Assembly (NCBI RefSeq): GCF_029504745.1
Contig: NZ_JAQFIQ010000026.1
Location: forward strand, 1,565-33,564
Source of the DNA: Breznakia sp. PF5-3
GTDB taxonomy: Bacteria > Bacillota_I > Bacilli_A > Erysipelotrichales > Erysipelotrichaceae
Length of the DNA: 32,000 nucleotides
Reading direction: 5' to 3'
Numbering within the stretch: the first letter of the stretch is position 1; the number at the start of each line of letters is the position of its first letter. Below, one piece after another: positions 25,620 to 32,000 of the stretch. The notes below the pieces were generated by a model. That model was not told the origin of the DNA. It was given only the letters and a program-made list of their open reading frames with translations, and searched no databases. The translations under genes were made by a program, and so were the position numbers.

Positions 25620-26114
25620 CTATATTTGTACTTCAACCCTTTCTTGGTTGAGTAAATAACTATACTGTCTAATATCATAATAGCATAGTTTTACATCATC
25701 GTTTGCTTCAAATTTACATCTATCTAAATTTTTATCTCGTAAGCATACATAATGAACACCAAAAATATCCATATCAATAAGCCGATTAGCTTCATCTTCT
25801 ACACCGATAAAGTCTACTAAGACCTCTTTACCAAGAGCTTCAGCAATCAATAAGGTATTGCGAATCACTTCATCAGATGCTACCCCTAAAACACTAACAA
25901 TATCAGCTCCTTCATCAAATGCTGTTTTCGCATTCAAGAAATCTTCACCACTTATTTTCAAATCAACAAGCACTTTTGCGGTTGGATATTTATCTTTTAT
26001 TCCATTTATCCATTGTGAACCAGAAATCATTGGATGTACTCCAACATTTACAATTACATTTTTATCACTTGTTGCATCCATACATAACAAATCTTTAATT
26101 AGTTGCTTTTTCAT
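25620..26114 (-). CDS. Short, degenerate member of the OMP-decarboxylase/3-hexulose-6-phosphate synthase (HPS/KGPDC) family
   Basis: 164 aa. YPTAKVLVDLKISGEDFLNAKTAFDEGADIVSVLGVASDEVIRNTLLIAEALGKEVLVDFIG is collinear with the HPS core as I remember it. The protein ends about 50 aa early, and several catalytic positions appear substituted. Confidence 0.5.
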   Translation of the reverse strand: MKKQLIKDLLCMDATSDKNVIVNVGVHPMISGSQWINGIKDKYPTAKVLVDLKISGEDFLNAKTAFDEGADIVSVLGVASDEVIRNTLLIAEALGKEVLVDFIGVEDEANRLIDMDIFGVHYVCLRDKNLDRCKFEANDDVKLCYYDIRQYSYLLNQERVEVQI

Positions 26115-26269
26115 GATCTTTCACTCCTTTTACACCTTCATAATAAGCAAAGTATAAATAGAATACAATAGGCTTTGAAAACCAAAAGAAAGAACCTTTT
26201 GTAACCAAAAATTAATGCTTTTTATATCTATGAATCGGAAATTTTTGGCAATACCAATATTTTTATAAA

Positions 26270-26318
26270 CAAAAAAAAATACACCATGTTATTTAGTTAT
26301 CAAAATAACAAGATGTAT
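26270..26318 (-). terminator. Intrinsic terminator of the nitroreductase gene
   Basis: 15-bp stem atacatcttgttatt/aataacatggtgtat (one mismatch, one G-U) followed by U9 on the minus strand. Confidence 0.7.
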
Positions 26319-26329
26319 CTATTCTATTA

Positions 26330-26890
26330 TTAAAAAATGTAAGATACACGATTATAATTCAATGTTCTTTCTTCTTGGTTCTCATTGCTTTTATATCCTA
26401 CGATTAAGGAAGCGCATGGTTTATACCCTTCTGGGATATTCAACTTTTCTTTTAGGGATGCATGTTTCTTAAGTACAAAGGCAAGAATTGGATAAAATAA
26501 CCAACATGATCCTAAGTTTAAAGACTCACTTGCCAACAACATATTTTGTGTAACTGCTCCTGCATCTTGATCAGGACTAGAACTATCTTCTTTTGCAGAT
26601 ACAAGAATTAATGTTGGGGCTTGATATAAGCAATGAAATTCTTCATCCTTTCCTAAATCACTCAATCCCTCAATTGCTAATTCTACAGCTGTTGCTTTTG
26701 CCAAATCATTGATTTCATCTAAAATGTCTTTGTTTTGAATAACACTTATAAAAGTAGAATTCCTTTCTGCATAAGGAGCACTTAAGCCTGCCTCAACAAT
26801 TGTTTCAATCAATTCTTTTGGAACCTGATCCTTTTTAAAATCACGAATACTACGTCGCTTTCTTATATTCTGAAGTACTTGATTTTCCAT
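26330..26890 (-). CDS. Nitroreductase-family flavoprotein
   Basis: 186 aa with the N-terminal RRSIRDFKKDQVP motif and the general nitroreductase pattern. Confidence 0.8.
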   Translation of the reverse strand: MENQVLQNIRKRRSIRDFKKDQVPKELIETIVEAGLSAPYAERNSTFISVIQNKDILDEINDLAKATAVELAIEGLSDLGKDEEFHCLYQAPTLILVSAKEDSSSPDQDAGAVTQNMLLASESLNLGSCWLFYPILAFVLKKHASLKEKLNIPEGYKPCASLIVGYKSNENQEERTLNYNRVSYIF

Positions 26891-26897
26891 ATTGCTA

Positions 26898-26942
26898 CCG
26901 TCCTTTTTAAAGCCAATTTCATTATATCTTAAAAAGGTACGG
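26898..26942. promoter_or_regulatory. Long inverted repeat CCGTCCTTTTTAA-N18-TTAAAAAGGTACGG enclosing a TATAAT box upstream of the nitroreductase gene
   Basis: 13/14-bp arms with one bulged base. The minus-strand TATAAT (26926..26921) lies in the loop. The proximal arm contains the AAGGA RBS. Confidence 0.4.
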
Positions 26943-26969
26943 CATGCACAGACTTTAAACTATTAATAT

Positions 26970-27620
26970 TTATAATGATTTATTAAACTCTTTGATGGTG
27001 GCTTTCTCACCATCATAGCTAACCATTGTAAGACTACCATTTCCAATCTCTTGATTAACATTGATACGCTTATCAATACTGTGAACAATTTTACGAATTG
27101 TATTCCCATGTGTTACAACTAACACATTTACATCTTTATTTACTGCACTATTATAAATATTATTAATTCCTTTGGTTGCCCTCTTCACTACATCTTCATA
27201 TGTTTCCGCATTTTTAAAAGGATCAATTTTTTGTAAAGTATTTGAAATTTTAATATAATCCCCTTGCTTAGCAAAAAGTTCATTTACATCATTGTAACCA
27301 AATTCATTTGCTACTTTTCCCCATACCTCTTTACTTGCATCACCTTCCAAACCACCAAAAAAAGTTTCTCTAAAATTACTATCCGTAATCAATGCTTTAT
27401 CCACTAATGATTGGTTATATTCTTTGATGATTTTCGCTGTATGAATCGTTCTTCCCAAATCACTGCTATAAATATTCTCGAATACAACATCTGCCAAAGC
27501 AACACCGCTACTTTTTGCATTATCAATTCCTTCATCTATAAGTGGAGTATCTGACCACCCTTGCATTTTCTCATACATATTAAAATATGTTTTTCCATGT
27601 CGAATAAAATAAAAGTTCAT
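26970..27620 (-). CDS. Histidine phosphatase superfamily (phosphoglycerate mutase-like) protein
   Basis: MNFYFIRHGKTYFN (RHG catalytic motif), SSDLGRTIHTA, VVTHGNTIR. Start moved to M7 after a TGGAGGAA RBS. Confidence 0.8.
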   Translation of the reverse strand: MNFYFIRHGKTYFNMYEKMQGWSDTPLIDEGIDNAKSSGVALADVVFENIYSSDLGRTIHTAKIIKEYNQSLVDKALITDSNFRETFFGGLEGDASKEVWGKVANEFGYNDVNELFAKQGDYIKISNTLQKIDPFKNAETYEDVVKRATKGINNIYNSAVNKDVNVLVVTHGNTIRKIVHSIDKRINVNQEIGNGSLTMVSYDGEKATIKEFNKSL

Positions 27621-27716
27621 AAGTTCCTCCATTAACATTACTATGACATTGTAAATTAAATACCTGTATTATGCAAAGTAAAAGTATCTTCTATCATACA
27701 GAATCCTATACAGAAA

Positions 27717-27779
27717 TAAAAAAAAGAGCTGAAACGCTCGCCATTAATCAATCGATTAAATTGCTTCATTTCAGCTCTT
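27717..27779 (-). terminator. Terminator of the bgl operon (long interrupted hairpin)
   Basis: Outer stem aagagctgaaa/tttcagctctt, inner stem ttaatc/gattaa, and a U-run on the minus strand (A9 on the plus strand). Confidence 0.65.
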
Positions 27780-27785
27780 TCTACT

Positions 27786-31053
<3,268 letters not shown>

Positions 31054-31056
31054 ATA

Positions 31057-31902
31057 TTATTCCTCACTTTCATTTCGTTGTGTTACACGATGAATATGTA
31101 ACATTAAGTATGTTTCTTCATCTTGTGTCAATTCCTTTGTAAAGCGATTCAATAAATACACACGTATCTTGTTTACACATAGATAAGCTTGTGGATACAT
31201 AATTCTCACTTGCTTATTCAACTCCGTATCTTCACTATTATAAATTTCTCCTAATGTTATTCGTTGCGCAAAATATTGTAAGTGCGTTACTAAGCGATTA
31301 TAATTCATTGATCCTTCATCAAATTGCATTTGAAAATGAATACGAATGATTGTTAAAATATCACTTACTATTTCCATAGCTTCTATCGCATCTTTGATAT
31401 CCACTTGAGATTCTTGAAGATTAATGAAATGTAAAGCAATTGCAACTGCTTCACTTTCTGGAAACTCAACACCTGTTTCCTTGGTAATAATTTCCAATGT
31501 ATGTTTTCCCATTTCATAATGATGTGGATAAAACTTTCTCACTTCCCACGCCAAAGGACTGACAACAAATTGACTTTTTGCTGCTCTTTTTAATGCATAG
31601 TCAATATGGTCTAATAAAGTCAAATACAAATAGTCATTCACTTTTTCGTCGATTTTACTTTCTGCATATTCAATTACCTTTAAAGTTGCATCTAAAGTAG
31701 ACTGACTCGCATTGCTTAAAAGATAACTATAGTTTTCTAAAACATCATTGGAATCAGGCACAAATACTTTTTCAACTTCATCTAGACTAATGGTATCTCC
31801 TACTTTTTTATGAAAAGATATCCCTTTTGATAATACGATGACATCAAGCTTTCCACGCTCTACAAGTGCTACATTATTATTTAGTATTTGACGAATCTTC
31901 AT
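31057..31902 (-). CDS. licT: BglG/LicT-family PRD-containing transcription antiterminator
   Basis: 281 aa. CAT RNA-binding N-terminus MKIRQILNNNVALV followed by two PRD-like regions with conserved His contexts (ALHFINL, MLHIHRV). Confidence 0.88.
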   Translation of the reverse strand: MKIRQILNNNVALVERGKLDVIVLSKGISFHKKVGDTISLDEVEKVFVPDSNDVLENYSYLLSNASQSTLDATLKVIEYAESKIDEKVNDYLYLTLLDHIDYALKRAAKSQFVVSPLAWEVRKFYPHHYEMGKHTLEIITKETGVEFPESEAVAIALHFINLQESQVDIKDAIEAMEIVSDILTIIRIHFQMQFDEGSMNYNRLVTHLQYFAQRITLGEIYNSEDTELNKQVRIMYPQAYLCVNKIRVYLLNRFTKELTQDEETYLMLHIHRVTQRNESEE

Positions 31903-31913
31903 AGTATTTCCTG

Positions 31914-31950
31914 GTATATTAGAAATGACTTATCTAAGTCTCTAATATAC
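31914..31950 (-). other. Strong hairpin in the licT leader, immediately upstream of the start codon
   Basis: GTATATTAGA + GACTTA ... TAAGTC + (aat bulge) + TCTAATATAC: a 10-bp stem plus a stem of about 5 bp. No U-run follows. An AAAGGAG lies 5' of it, and only a weak AGGAAA precedes the ATG. Confidence 0.5.
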
Positions 31951-32000
31951 ACTCCTTTCTTTCTTAAATTTATTCATAATTTTTGTTAGAATTGAATCGT

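Noticed and set aside
26330-27620. Nitroreductase plus histidine phosphatase read as a BluB/CobC-like cobamide lower-ligand pair
   Set aside because: It was tempting because BluB has the nitroreductase fold and CobC is a histidine phosphatase. However, the 186-aa protein looks like a generic short nitroreductase. The two genes appear to have separate promoters, and no other cob genes are nearby. I cannot support the idea from sequence.

Overview
AT-rich (roughly 30-35% GC by eye) low-GC Gram-positive (Bacillota-like) chromosomal segment. It is densely coded, mostly on the minus strand, with strong GGAGG-type RBSs and many intrinsic terminators. I see no rRNA, tRNA, CRISPR array, transposase, integrase or phage genes. 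Recognisable content, left to right: (1) a catechol meta-cleavage (hydrolytic branch) operon on the minus strand: IclR regulator, XylT-like ferredoxin, catechol 2,3-dioxygenase, meta-cleavage-product hydrolase, 2-oxopent-4-enoate hydratase and acetylating acetaldehyde dehydrogenase (cut at the left edge). (2) A self-contained 3-gene unit: unknown cytoplasmic protein, large lipoprotein with a C-terminal transglutaminase-like cysteine-protease core, and an SMI1/KNR4 (SUKH) protein. (3) A UMF1-type MFS transporter, a CX5R tyrosine phosphatase and a GC-richer DUF3795 Cys-rich gene. (4) A GyrI-like effector-binding protein, a WYL/HTH regulator and a two-gene ABC exporter. (5) Housekeeping or miscellaneous genes: SDR, DUF1307 lipoprotein, gpmA, DUF3788, a tail-anchored Q-rich J-domain protein, threonine aldolase, Gfo/Idh/MocA oxidoreductase, an ABC-F ATPase and a surface protein. 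(6) A PHP phosphoesterase paired with a truncated, degenerate HPS/OMPDC-like protein, then a nitroreductase and a histidine phosphatase. (7) A compact licT-bglP-bglA beta-glucoside operon. I cannot point to a clear-cut novel system. The best candidates for a second look are the transglutaminase-lipoprotein/SUKH unit, the O2-dependent catechol operon in this genomic background, the PHP plus degenerate HPS-like pair, the Q/N-rich membrane-anchored J protein, and several promoter-embedded inverted repeats. All functional calls rest on motif recognition by eye. No database search was possible.
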